The translations under genes and the position numbers were made by a program. 16,141 bases of DNA, taken from assembly GCA_051382305.1 (NCBI GenBank), contig JBBCAV010000313.1, positions 1-16,141 on the forward strand. Direction: 5' to 3'. Positions 1 through 7,372 of this stretch are shown piece by piece (within the stretch, counting starts at the first letter, position 1; every line of letters starts with the position of its first letter). The notes beneath the pieces were generated by a model, which was not told the DNA's origin, made no database searches, and saw only the letters and a program-made list of their open reading frames with translations. Source of the DNA: Bdellovibrionota bacterium FG-2 (GTDB lineage Bacteria; Bdellovibrionota; UBA1018).

Positions 1-420
1 AGCGCCTAAGGGTGGGGGAAGACTACCTTAGTCATCGTTATGGGCATTCAATTTTTTCCACGGCTGGGATCGGTTCCCGAAACGAAATTTGCTCAAGCAT
101 AATTTCGATTTTTTAAGCTCAGATTTTGGAAAAATGCTGGCGAGGAAATTTTGTGCGCCGCGAAAAATTATCCCGGATGCTGTCTCTTTTTGATGTAAAA
201 TAGTTTCTTCGCGTGAGACTTCGTCCCCAATAATGGGATGCCAAAGTCTGATTGGCGGAGACTTTCGGTGACATCGCGGGGTTCATTTTTATTTATCAAA
301 AACTGAGTTACTTGCGAAAATTACTGACTCGCCTATTGCGATACGTTTTTTTCTTGGTTACGCTAATTTTAGCATAAAACGTCTAAATCGACGAAAAGCG
401 ACATTCAGGGGAAATTAAGC

Positions 421-1434
421 ATGGAACAAAACAGCTTCACATCAACCGAAATTCGACGCATTTTCCGACTCGACGAAAAACTTACCGCGCGTCAAACTCT
501 TTTTAACGCGGAATCGCGCGACGAGATCCCACGGTCAACCCGCATGGCTCGCGGTAAAACTCAGGTGAGGCAATGGTCGATTGACCAGCTTCCAGATATT
601 GGAAAGCGGTTTGGGTTTCTCAGCAAGCCAACCACCCAGAAGGCGGTCTGCATCTTCACCCAAAAGGGGGGCACTCTCAAGTCAACCCTCACCTACACCT
701 TCGCACGCGCTGCGGCCATCAATGGCATCAAGACTGTTGTTGTGGGTCTAGATATTCAAGCATCAATCACCAACTTAATGTTGCCTGTTATGGTCGAAAG
801 CCTTACGGAACTTTCCGCAGTGCGAAACCGTCCTGGCTTGTTTCATATTTTTTATGAAGGGGCTGAACTCGCAGATGTCATTCAAAAAACCGACCTTCCT
901 ACTCTTGACGTAATCCCGGAAACCGCATCCCTGGCTATGTTGGCAAAGATGATTCCGGCCAACGGGTCAAAACAAAACCCTTACACTCTTTTCAAAGATA
1001 AACTTCTTCCTCTTTTGGCTGGGTATGATCTGGTTATTTTTGATAATGCACCCAATTGGTCGCCCCTTGTGGAAAACGCTCTAACTGCGGCCCAATCTGT
1101 CATAGCACCAGTTGCTTGCGACGTCGGAACATACCAGGTGCTCGACAACAATCTAGCGGCGCTTAATGAGTTTCAGGCCGCGTTTAAGATTGAGTGGGAC
1201 AACTTTATCATGGTCCCAACTCTGCTTGAAAAGTCCAAGCTGTCCCAACAAATCTATGCAGCCTATGTTGCAAATCATGCTGATGCCGTTCTTCCTGTGC
1301 CAATTCGCCGCGCAGTGATCGGTCAAGAGTCCAGCGCACTTAATCGTTCGGTGCTCGAATACGACCCGGCCTCAGATTTGGCTCAGGACTATTTCGAGCT
1401 GATGAAGGCCCTTTGGAAGAAAGTTGCGGGTTAA
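421..1434 (+). CDS. parA: ParA/Soj-family partition ATPase with N-terminal HTH-like extension (type Ia-like)
   Basis: Deviant Walker A QKGGTLKS, A' motif GLDIQASIT, Walker B YDLVIFDNAP, and a typical C-terminus (SVLEYDPASDLAQDY). About 70 aa precede the ATPase domain. Confidence 0.9.
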   Translation: MEQNSFTSTEIRRIFRLDEKLTARQTLFNAESRDEIPRSTRMARGKTQVRQWSIDQLPDIGKRFGFLSKPTTQKAVCIFTQKGGTLKSTLTYTFARAAAINGIKTVVVGLDIQASITNLMLPVMVESLTELSAVRNRPGLFHIFYEGAELADVIQKTDLPTLDVIPETASLAMLAKMIPANGSKQNPYTLFKDKLLPLLAGYDLVIFDNAPNWSPLVENALTAAQSVIAPVACDVGTYQVLDNNLAALNEFQAAFKIEWDNFIMVPTLLEKSKLSQQIYAAYVANHADAVLPVPIRRAVIGQESSALNRSVLEYDPASDLAQDYFELMKALWKKVAG

Positions 1435-1439
1435 TTCCA

Positions 1440-2894
1440 ATGGCCCTGCCCACAAACATTTTCATTGGCAAAGCGAAAGCTTCAACACCTCAAACCAAGA
1501 AACAATTTAGTACCCACAAACCATGGGACCAGCCGGAATCATCCCTTGTAAACGCATCTAATGGCATAGGCACCACGCAACAGACAGGGCCAGAGCCTTT
1601 GACCCATATCCTGATTGCGCCAGCTCAAGCCCCAATCCCGGTCAAAACTGAAGCACAGCCAGAGATTACCCCCAAGACAAACTTGGAACAAAGTCAGAAC
1701 AAAGTTGGAACAATCTTAGAACAAAGTCAGAACAGGCCGCCATTAAACTTGGAACAAAGTCAGAACAAAGTTGGAACAACCGATCCAAGTATCATTTCAC
1801 CTTTGGCAGAAAGTCAGAACAAAGTTAGATCACAACTTAGAACAGAAGTTGGAACAATCTTAGAACAAAGTCAGAACAAAGTTGGAACAAATGCGCCATT
1901 TTCATCCGTTGTAGGACTTCAACGGCGGATCATTCTTTTTATCTTTGAATCAACAAAAGTTTCCCGCGACAAAGCAACCTCCCCGATCGCGATTCAAAAC
2001 CTTGCTGTAACTTGCAAAACCACTGCAATGGCCGCGCAAGTTACGATTCGCCGTCTTGAGAAAAAAGGGTTTATTCGTCGTGTGGAGTTCAAAGATGGTC
2101 GTGGTGGTTGGTCGCGTTATGAGCTTTCGGGGGCGGCATTCCAGGAGCTTCTACATTTCGAAAGTCAGAACAAAGTTGGAACAATCTTAGAACAAAGTCA
2201 GAACAAAGTTGGATCACAACTTAGAACAGAACTTAGAACAAGCCCCTCTAGTAGTAGTAGTTTTCTAATTAGAGAAGATTTTAAAACTACTACTACTAGC
2301 GAACCCGATTTGCGCAAAGACGACCCGACCAAACTTCCTCCTGAATGGGAACAAGTTAACTGCATCCCCTTGGCTGACTATGGCTTTGGTGAATCCCAGC
2401 TGTCGCAAATTGTGCGTGACAAGTTACTCACTCCCGAGATGGTTCAGGATTCTATCTTCGCCTTTGCCTTTGACCTCCGAGTAAACGCCAAGGAGAAAGA
2501 GGTGAGGGGAGCACCGCTAAACTACTTCATGGGAATATTACGCAAGGGCTTTGCGTATGCACGACCGGCGAATTATGAGACGCCCCAAGAAGCAGCTCGG
2601 CGTAAGCGTTTGGAACTCCTCCAACGTGAAGAGTCCCAAAGACAAGCAGAAGAACAGCAACTTTTAGAGTTAGAGTTTTCGAGTTGGAAGAGGGGACAAT
2701 CCGTCGCTGAAATTGTCGCACAATTACCTGAGCACGCACGCAGACCAGGACCAGTTCAAGACTCAGCATTGAAAAACCATTTTGTAGAAAACATGTGGCC
2801 GGAGCTTCAAGCTTCTCAAAGCGATGTTGATCCCAGTGAGAGGGAGAAGATCAAAGCAACGATTGCTCAATCGTTTGGGGAGGCGAGGGGATGA
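1440..2894 (+). CDS. Putative replication initiator (Rep) with central winged-HTH and intragenic iteron-like repeats
   Basis: Lies directly downstream of parA; ATG at 1440 is preferred over TTG at 1413. The wHTH-like segment (IQNLAVTCKTTAMAAQVTIRRLEKKGFIRRVEFKDGRGGWSRYEL) is flanked by DNA repeat arrays. The C-terminal PLNYFMGILRKG resembles initiator C-terminal helices. The function is inferred. Confidence 0.65.
   Translation: MALPTNIFIGKAKASTPQTKKQFSTHKPWDQPESSLVNASNGIGTTQQTGPEPLTHILIAPAQAPIPVKTEAQPEITPKTNLEQSQNKVGTILEQSQNRPPLNLEQSQNKVGTTDPSIISPLAESQNKVRSQLRTEVGTILEQSQNKVGTNAPFSSVVGLQRRIILFIFESTKVSRDKATSPIAIQNLAVTCKTTAMAAQVTIRRLEKKGFIRRVEFKDGRGGWSRYELSGAAFQELLHFESQNKVGTILEQSQNKVGSQLRTELRTSPSSSSSFLIREDFKTTTTSEPDLRKDDPTKLPPEWEQVNCIPLADYGFGESQLSQIVRDKLLTPEMVQDSIFAFAFDLRVNAKEKEVRGAPLNYFMGILRKGFAYARPANYETPQEAARRKRLELLQREESQRQAEEQQLLELEFSSWKRGQSVAEIVAQLPEHARRPGPVQDSALKNHFVENMWPELQASQSDVDPSEREKIKATIAQSFGEARG
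1680..1889 (+). repeat. Iteron-like arrays 1-3: 15 copies of an 11-bp unit (AAGTCAGAACA / AAGTTGGAACA / ATCTTAGAACA / AACTTGGAACA variants)
   Basis: Counted by eye: 5 units at 1680-1734, 3 at 1746-1778 and 7 at 1811-1889. Most are head-to-tail with an 11-bp period and occasional 1-bp spacers. Confidence 0.9.
2162..2240 (+). repeat. Iteron-like array 4: 7 copies of the same 11-bp unit
   Basis: AAGTCAGAACA AAGTTGGAACA ATCTTAGAACA AAGTCAGAACA AAGTTGGATCA c AACTTAGAACA g AACTTAGAACA. Confidence 0.9.
2248..2299. repeat. Perfect 17-bp inverted repeat with 18-bp AT-rich spacer (candidate origin element)
   Basis: CTAGTAGTAGTAGTTTT (2248-2264) and AAAACTACTACTACTAG (2283-2299), immediately after the last iteron-like unit. 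Confidence 0.85.
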
Positions 2895-3355
2895 AACCAC
2901 TTCGTATTTATCTCGATAGCTCAGTGATTGGTGGATGCTATGACGTGGGATTTGATGAAGACTCGCGTCGAGTTATCGCCGGAGTTCATCGAGGTAAGGC
3001 GATTCTCTTAATTAGTGAAGTCGTTGTTCGTGAGATAGGGAAGGCACCGCAAGAAGTTCAGGACGTGCTGGCATCGATATCGCCAACAGCCGTTGAGGTT
3101 GTAACTTTGGATGAAGAGGTTCTTGTTTTGCGGGCGGCTTATCTTGCTGCAAAGATTCTCGGCAAAAAGTGGATTGATGACGCAACCCACGTCGCAGCGG
3201 CGACAGTTGCGCGGGCTGATGCTATTGTTTCGTGGAATTTTCAGCACATCGTTCGACTTGATAAAATGAAAGCGTATAATCAGGTGAATCTAGCAAATGG
3301 ATACGGAATTCTTACTATTGTGACTCCTCGGGAGGTTAATTATGAAAAAGATTAG
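2891..3355 (+). CDS. PIN-domain protein (putative TA toxin/ribonuclease)
   Basis: IYLDSSV at the N-terminus, ISEVVVREI, DDATHVAAA and IVSWNFQHIV give the conserved acidic PIN residues. ATGA overlap with rep. Confidence 0.88.
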   Translation: MKPLRIYLDSSVIGGCYDVGFDEDSRRVIAGVHRGKAILLISEVVVREIGKAPQEVQDVLASISPTAVEVVTLDEEVLVLRAAYLAAKILGKKWIDDATHVAAATVARADAIVSWNFQHIVRLDKMKAYNQVNLANGYGILTIVTPREVNYEKD

Positions 3356-3563
3356 AAAACAACCTAAGAAAGCCTTTGATGCCCTTGCTTTCAAAGCAAA
3401 AACACAGGCTGAGATAGCGCAAGATATTTCTGGGATGAGTAGGGCCGAGGAAATCGAGTATTTCAGAAAAAGCACTTCTCGTGGGCCACTTTCCGGATGG
3501 TGGGCGCGCGTGAAAGATGAACAGGTGATAAAGCGCCGAAAGAAACTCAAAGACGCAGCTTAA
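3342..3563 (+). CDS. Small basic protein, putative antitoxin partner of the upstream PIN protein
   Basis: 73 aa, overlaps the PIN gene end, RBS GGAGG at about 3331. The pattern FDALAFK...GMSRAEEIEYF resembles small proteins often coupled to this type of PIN gene. Confidence 0.6.
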   Translation: MKKIRKQPKKAFDALAFKAKTQAEIAQDISGMSRAEEIEYFRKSTSRGPLSGWWARVKDEQVIKRRKKLKDAA

Positions 3564-3567
3564 TTCG

Positions 3568-3999
3568 ATGATGCTAATAACGTTCTTGGTTTTTAATTTC
3601 ATATCAGGCTCTTCTTGGGCGGAACCGAAGGCTCCGGCGGTACATCCGACATATTATTATGGATCGATGCCCAGTTCCCTCATTGGCGTTATTAAAACGA
3701 TTACGTTTCCAGGGCCACCCAATTACGAAAGCCTTAAAAGGGGCGACAGACCGGAAGCGGAGTATGTTTTATTTTTAGATGAGCCTATTTCTGTTTTGCC
3801 ATTAAAAGAAGACAAGGAATATTTTCATGATCCAGCCTTGAATCAAAGGAAGATTGAGTTGGTGTTTTTTTCTGAACATAGCGTGAAGGTAATTGAAGGC
3901 CGAAAAGTTCGCGTGACCGGGACATTCTTTTCTGCACATACGGGACACCACCATACAGACGTGTTGCTGGAAGTAGAAAAAATTGAGGTTGTAAAATGA
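3568..3999 (+). CDS. Exported protein, DUF4431-like
   Basis: Signal peptide (..SGSSWA|EP). The motifs TFPGPPNYES..GD..E and GRKVRVTGTFFSAHTGHHHTDVLL resemble DUF4431. Confidence 0.7.
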   Translation: MMLITFLVFNFISGSSWAEPKAPAVHPTYYYGSMPSSLIGVIKTITFPGPPNYESLKRGDRPEAEYVLFLDEPISVLPLKEDKEYFHDPALNQRKIELVFFSEHSVKVIEGRKVRVTGTFFSAHTGHHHTDVLLEVEKIEVVK

Positions 4000-4682
4000 G
4001 CTCACCATTTATCGGGATCAAGGAACAAAACGTACTCCGCATTACCTATTTTAGGGCAGATGGCTCAAGCAGTACGTTTATAGGCGGTACTCGGACGTGG
4101 AGGAACCAAAATCCAGGCAATATTGTGGCAAGGGGGCCATTTGCAAAGGCGCACGGAGCGATAGGGCGAGCGGGTGGTTTTGCGGTTTTTCCCAGTTATG
4201 AAGTCGGACGAGCGGCTATTTTTAGCCTGATGGGGCTTCAAAAATATCAAGACAACACGCTTGCCGCCACGATTGGGGAATACGCTCCTGAAAAGGACGG
4301 AAATAATCCCGAAAGATACAGGAAGTTGGTTCATAAATGGACTGGCTTAGATCTAAAACGGAAAGTGAAAGACCTATCAAAAAAGGAACTTGAGTGTTTT
4401 GTGAATGCTATCGAACGAATGGAGGGGTATCGCGCTGGAAAGATAGTGGAAGATGCCTCTGCGACAAAAAAGGGGAATATCTCCGCAGTACAGAAGGACG
4501 ATAAGGGAATTATTGTTGCCTATTACGTAGTCGGAATGGGGTGGTTGGCAAAAGGAGCGGCGATAGCTCTCGCCTCAAAAGGAAAAATTGACGCTGTGGT
4601 GGCAACATCTAGGAGTGGGTCACTTTATCTGCGCACGCGACCAGATCAAACGGGGGCGAATAATTTGGCTGCAATGGGATAA
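3996..4682 (+). CDS. Lysozyme-like (RNxNPGNI) putative cell-wall hydrolase with C-terminal DUF3892-like domain
   Basis: WRNQNPGNI...FAVFPSYEVGRAA...YAPEKDGNNPERY...AIERMEGY matches phage-type muramidase-like domains. The C-terminal LYLRTRPDQTGANNL resembles DUF3892. ATGA overlap with the upstream gene. Confidence 0.65.
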   Translation: MSSPFIGIKEQNVLRITYFRADGSSSTFIGGTRTWRNQNPGNIVARGPFAKAHGAIGRAGGFAVFPSYEVGRAAIFSLMGLQKYQDNTLAATIGEYAPEKDGNNPERYRKLVHKWTGLDLKRKVKDLSKKELECFVNAIERMEGYRAGKIVEDASATKKGNISAVQKDDKGIIVAYYVVGMGWLAKGAAIALASKGKIDAVVATSRSGSLYLRTRPDQTGANNLAAMG

Positions 4683-4767
4683 ACAGGACACCCGCACCAT
4701 AAGGGGGCGCTGAACAAAAACAGAGGATGTTTTAGCGAGTTTGCGATCATTAAAAGAAAGGAAGTGT

Positions 4768-5016
4768 ATGAAACCACAAGACGAAAATTTGAATGAGTTA
4801 GAGGGTAGAATAACGACTGATACAGCGTTATGCGGTGGCCGTCCATGTATTCGAGGAATGAGGATTCGTGTCTCGGACGTATTAGAGTTGATGGCTTCGG
4901 GATTGAGCGCTCAGCAGGTTCTCGAAGAGCTTCCTAGTCTCACAGAAGAAGACGTGCACGCCTGCCTTGTCTATGCTTCACGAAGAGTAGATCATCCAAC
5001 GGTGCGGGTAGCATGA
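4768..5016 (+). CDS. DUF433-family antitoxin
   Basis: RITTDTALCGGRPCIRGMRIRVSDVLELMASG...PSLTEEDVHACLVYA is the DUF433 signature. ATG 4768 follows AAGGAAG. Confidence 0.92.
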   Translation: MKPQDENLNELEGRITTDTALCGGRPCIRGMRIRVSDVLELMASGLSAQQVLEELPSLTEEDVHACLVYASRRVDHPTVRVA

Positions 5017-5144
5017 TTTTTTGGGTCGACGAGCAGATATCTCCGGATCAAACAGAGACAACCCAACTTCTCAAAGTAATTTTGATTCCAGTGAGTGGGA
5101 GCAAAGCAACGCTTGATCATTCGTTTGGAGAGGTTCAAGGATGA
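5013..5144 (+). pseudogene. Truncated DUF5615-type PIN toxin remnant
   Basis: ATGA-coupled to DUF433. It begins MIFWVDEQISP, the usual N-terminus of the DUF433-partner PIN family, then loses similarity and stops after 43 codons. Confidence 0.65.
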
Positions 5145-5485
5145 CGAATCGTAAAATCGCAGCTGTGATTACCGACGCCTTGGGTGACCGAGTGGTAGTT
5201 GGTGTAAAAGAACTCGATCACTCTATTGAGGGACACTTTGAAGCAATTCCAAAGGACCTCATTCTGGAACTTCTTGAAAAAGTTTTAAGAGATCCCTCTG
5301 AAGTTTATCGAGATGATCGAAAAAAAGAGCAAATTTTTAATTTTTTCTACAGGCTCGATAAAAGTCAGCAGTTCATAGTTGCGGTTATCAAAGTCACATC
5401 AGAAGGCGCCTTTTTTTCAAGCATGTATCCAACCGGAAAGGGTGTCCGGAATGCACACAAAAACTACAAGAAGGTAAAGTTATGA
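5141..5485 (+). CDS. Putative BECR-fold (PBECR2/RelE-like) ribonuclease toxin
   Basis: HSIEGH...EKVLRDPSEVY...FFYR...FIVAVIK...AFFSSMY fits the pattern of BECR nucleases. It is coupled to a downstream small gene. Confidence 0.6.
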   Translation: MTNRKIAAVITDALGDRVVVGVKELDHSIEGHFEAIPKDLILELLEKVLRDPSEVYRDDRKKEQIFNFFYRLDKSQQFIVAVIKVTSEGAFFSSMYPTGKGVRNAHKNYKKVKL

Positions 5486-5799
5486 AAAAACCAAAGATAT
5501 TTTTCAATCCAATTGCGGGCAGCAGCATCTTGTCGATTACCTGGTTCCCTGGACCGTTAGGTCCAGCAGTAGAAGCAAATAATGGGATTGGCGTTGGTTT
5601 TTTTGCGCACAACGGGGATCTTTTAAGCGTCATGTTTGACGATGTGAATGAGAAACAAGATCACCAAGTGCTTGAATTTGATCACTACCGAGTTGAGGTG
5701 TCCGTCAATAAAGGAAAAATTTCGCACTCTCTCATTCCTCTGGATGTGCCAAAGAAAATCGTTCGCTCATCAAAGAAACGAACTAAAAAAGCCGCATGA
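5482..5799 (+). CDS. Putative antitoxin, DUF2283-like
   Basis: KIFFNPIAGSSILSITWF...GVGFFAHNGDLLSVMFDD resembles the DUF2283 pattern (Y-D...L-I...D..G.++G+). ATGA overlaps on both sides. Confidence 0.5.
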   Translation: MKKPKIFFNPIAGSSILSITWFPGPLGPAVEANNGIGVGFFAHNGDLLSVMFDDVNEKQDHQVLEFDHYRVEVSVNKGKISHSLIPLDVPKKIVRSSKKRTKKAA

Positions 5800-6419
5800 G
5801 GGTTGCGACCTATTCGCGTGTGAGCACCACAAAGCGCGATCAGAAACCTGAGATTCAAGTCCAAGAGCTTCGGCGCTATTGCAAGGCGCGAGGGTTTAAA
5901 GTCGTTCATGAGATCACTGACCGTGCTCGCGGCGGAACCGATGACCGCCCAGGACTAAAACAGCTTCTTCAACTCGTCCGTGCGAGGGAAGTGGACGCCG
6001 TTATAGTTGTAAAAATGGACCGCCTTTTTCGCTCCCTCAAACACTTGGTTAATACGCTTTCAGAATTCGAAGCCCTGGGGGTTAAGTTCATCGCGACTCG
6101 CGACCAAGTGGATCTCACCACCCCCGCCGGCAGGCTTTTCATGCAAATTCTGGGAAGCCTTGGAGAGTTTGAGCGAGAGCTAATCCGTGAGCGGATTATG
6201 CTGGGTCTTGAGTATGCGAAAAGCTGCGGCAAAAAACTCGGGCGTCCTAAGAAAAACGATTACGAAGCGGTTCAAAAGTTACGAACTCAGGGCAAGAGCT
6301 ACCAGCAGATTGAAAGGGCGTTAAAGCTTTCTTCCGGCTCTGTTTGGCGCGCAATTCAGGCAACCCCCAAAAAACGGCTTCCTAAAAAGCCCCAAGACGC
6401 ACGATCAGCGAACCCGTAA
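5796..6419 (+). CDS. Serine recombinase (resolvase/invertase family) with C-terminal HTH
   Basis: YSRVST catalytic serine motif, DRPGL, KMDRLFRS, TPAGRLFMQILGSLGEFERELIRERI and LGRP followed by an HTH. Confidence 0.96.
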   Translation: MRVATYSRVSTTKRDQKPEIQVQELRRYCKARGFKVVHEITDRARGGTDDRPGLKQLLQLVRAREVDAVIVVKMDRLFRSLKHLVNTLSEFEALGVKFIATRDQVDLTTPAGRLFMQILGSLGEFERELIRERIMLGLEYAKSCGKKLGRPKKNDYEAVQKLRTQGKSYQQIERALKLSSGSVWRAIQATPKKRLPKKPQDARSANP

Positions 6420-6455
6420 GGGGTAGGGGTACCCGCAAATCCTATCAAAAAAGCG

Positions 6456-6498
6456 AAACCCCAGATCATCGCTATTCCCGATGAATCTGGGGTTTTTT
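6456..6498. terminator. Intrinsic terminator between the convergent recombinase and vapC genes
   Basis: Hairpin AAACCCCAGAT-CATCG...CGATG-AATCTGGGGTTT followed by a T-run, with an A-run upstream, so it may act in both directions. Confidence 0.7.
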
Positions 6499-6553
6499 AA
6501 ACTCAGAAGTGCCCACCCCGAAATCAAACCGGTTACCAATCTGATGAAATTAT

Positions 6554-6937
6554 TTAATGGGAACCGTGGGAAAGTTTTATGCCTGGCACCCGTTCAAAGT
6601 GCTTCGTGTTTCGGGTAATTAGAACACCATCGCGCTCCAAGCAAATGCCAGCAATCAGAGAGTCGGCCATACCAATGGTAGCGTTTCTTGATTCAAGCTC
6701 TCGGCGCACTTTAGCAGAGCGTCTGGCGCTATCGCTTTCAAGTGGGATAATAATTAGTGCCGATAATAGAGTTTCGACGGCGGCTATCTGTTGATTTGAT
6801 TTTGCACCCGCCCAAAGTTCGAATGCTGAAATAGCGGTGGTATGTAGTCCCCCTGTTTTGATCTCGTATGCAATGCGATCTGCCATGCCCTTGCCTCGGA
6901 GGAAATCAATGAGTACATCAGTATCTGCGATAATCAT
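6554..6937 (-). CDS. vapC: VapC PIN-domain toxin
   Basis: MIIADTDVLIDFLR, AISAFELWAG, DSLIAGICL and LITRNTKHFERVPGI are canonical VapC motifs. Confidence 0.95.
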   Translation of the reverse strand: MIIADTDVLIDFLRGKGMADRIAYEIKTGGLHTTAISAFELWAGAKSNQQIAAVETLLSALIIIPLESDSARRSAKVRRELESRNATIGMADSLIAGICLERDGVLITRNTKHFERVPGIKLSHGSH

Positions 6938-7173
6938 CGCCAGTTACTCCTAATCTCCTGGGTTCTTTCTTCAAACTCATCGGCCATCTTTCCGTGAAAT
7001 GCTCCTTTAAGTCCAAGTGCCGCATCAATTAGATGCAGTTTTTTAGCCTCGTGTTGGAGATATTCGTGGAGCGCCTCTTGGACAATTTGAGAAAATCCCT
7101 TCATACCGCGTTTGGCAGCTAAACGGAGCAGCTCAGATCGTTGTTCTTCGGTGAGTTCAATGGTCGTTCTCAT
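6934..7173 (-). CDS. vapB: VapB-type (RHH/CopG-like) antitoxin
   Basis: MRTTIELTEEQRSELLRLAAKRG..FSQIVQEAL has an RHH pattern, and the gene overlaps vapC (ATGA). ATG at 7173 is chosen because the longer ORF extension runs through the promoter. Confidence 0.85.
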   Translation of the reverse strand: MRTTIELTEEQRSELLRLAAKRGMKGFSQIVQEALHEYLQHEAKKLHLIDAALGLKGAFHGKMADEFEERTQEIRSNWR

Positions 7174-7179
7174 AACAGT

Positions 7180-7208
7180 ACAATAACATGCATGCATGTG
7201 CATGTCAA
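7180..7208 (-). promoter_or_regulatory. Sigma70-type promoter of vapBC with palindromic operator in the spacer
   Basis: Minus strand: TTGACA (7208-7203), 17 bp, TATTGT (7185-7180). The spacer contains the palindrome ACATGCATGCATGT (7186-7199). Confidence 0.75.
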
Positions 7209-7372
7209 GTGGTACCCCACAATCAAGTGATTACGGGGTGCATGAAAACGGCACTAAGGAGTCATGTGAATTCAATGGGTTGGTTGGGGCCGGCTGAGAG
7301 GGATTTCGGGGTAGGGGACCTGCAAAGTAGGGCACACCCCGAAATCAACTGGTTGTGGGGTAGCTGAGCTGC

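Noticed and set aside
1-420. parS or operator repeats upstream of parA (GCGAAAA(A)TTA at 160 and 314) and a promoter TTGCGA-17-TACGCT at 336-364
   Set aside because: The matches are short and degenerate in A/T-tract-rich DNA. They are plausible but cannot be supported without comparative data.
1680-2240. CRISPR array
   Set aside because: The units are 11 bp, head-to-tail, without unique spacers of regular length. They lie inside an open reading frame, and no cas genes are present in the window.
7174-7203. N-terminal extension MHMHACYCTV of the vapB ORF
   Set aside because: It is a translation of the promoter/operator palindrome. The RHH pattern starts at MRTTIEL.
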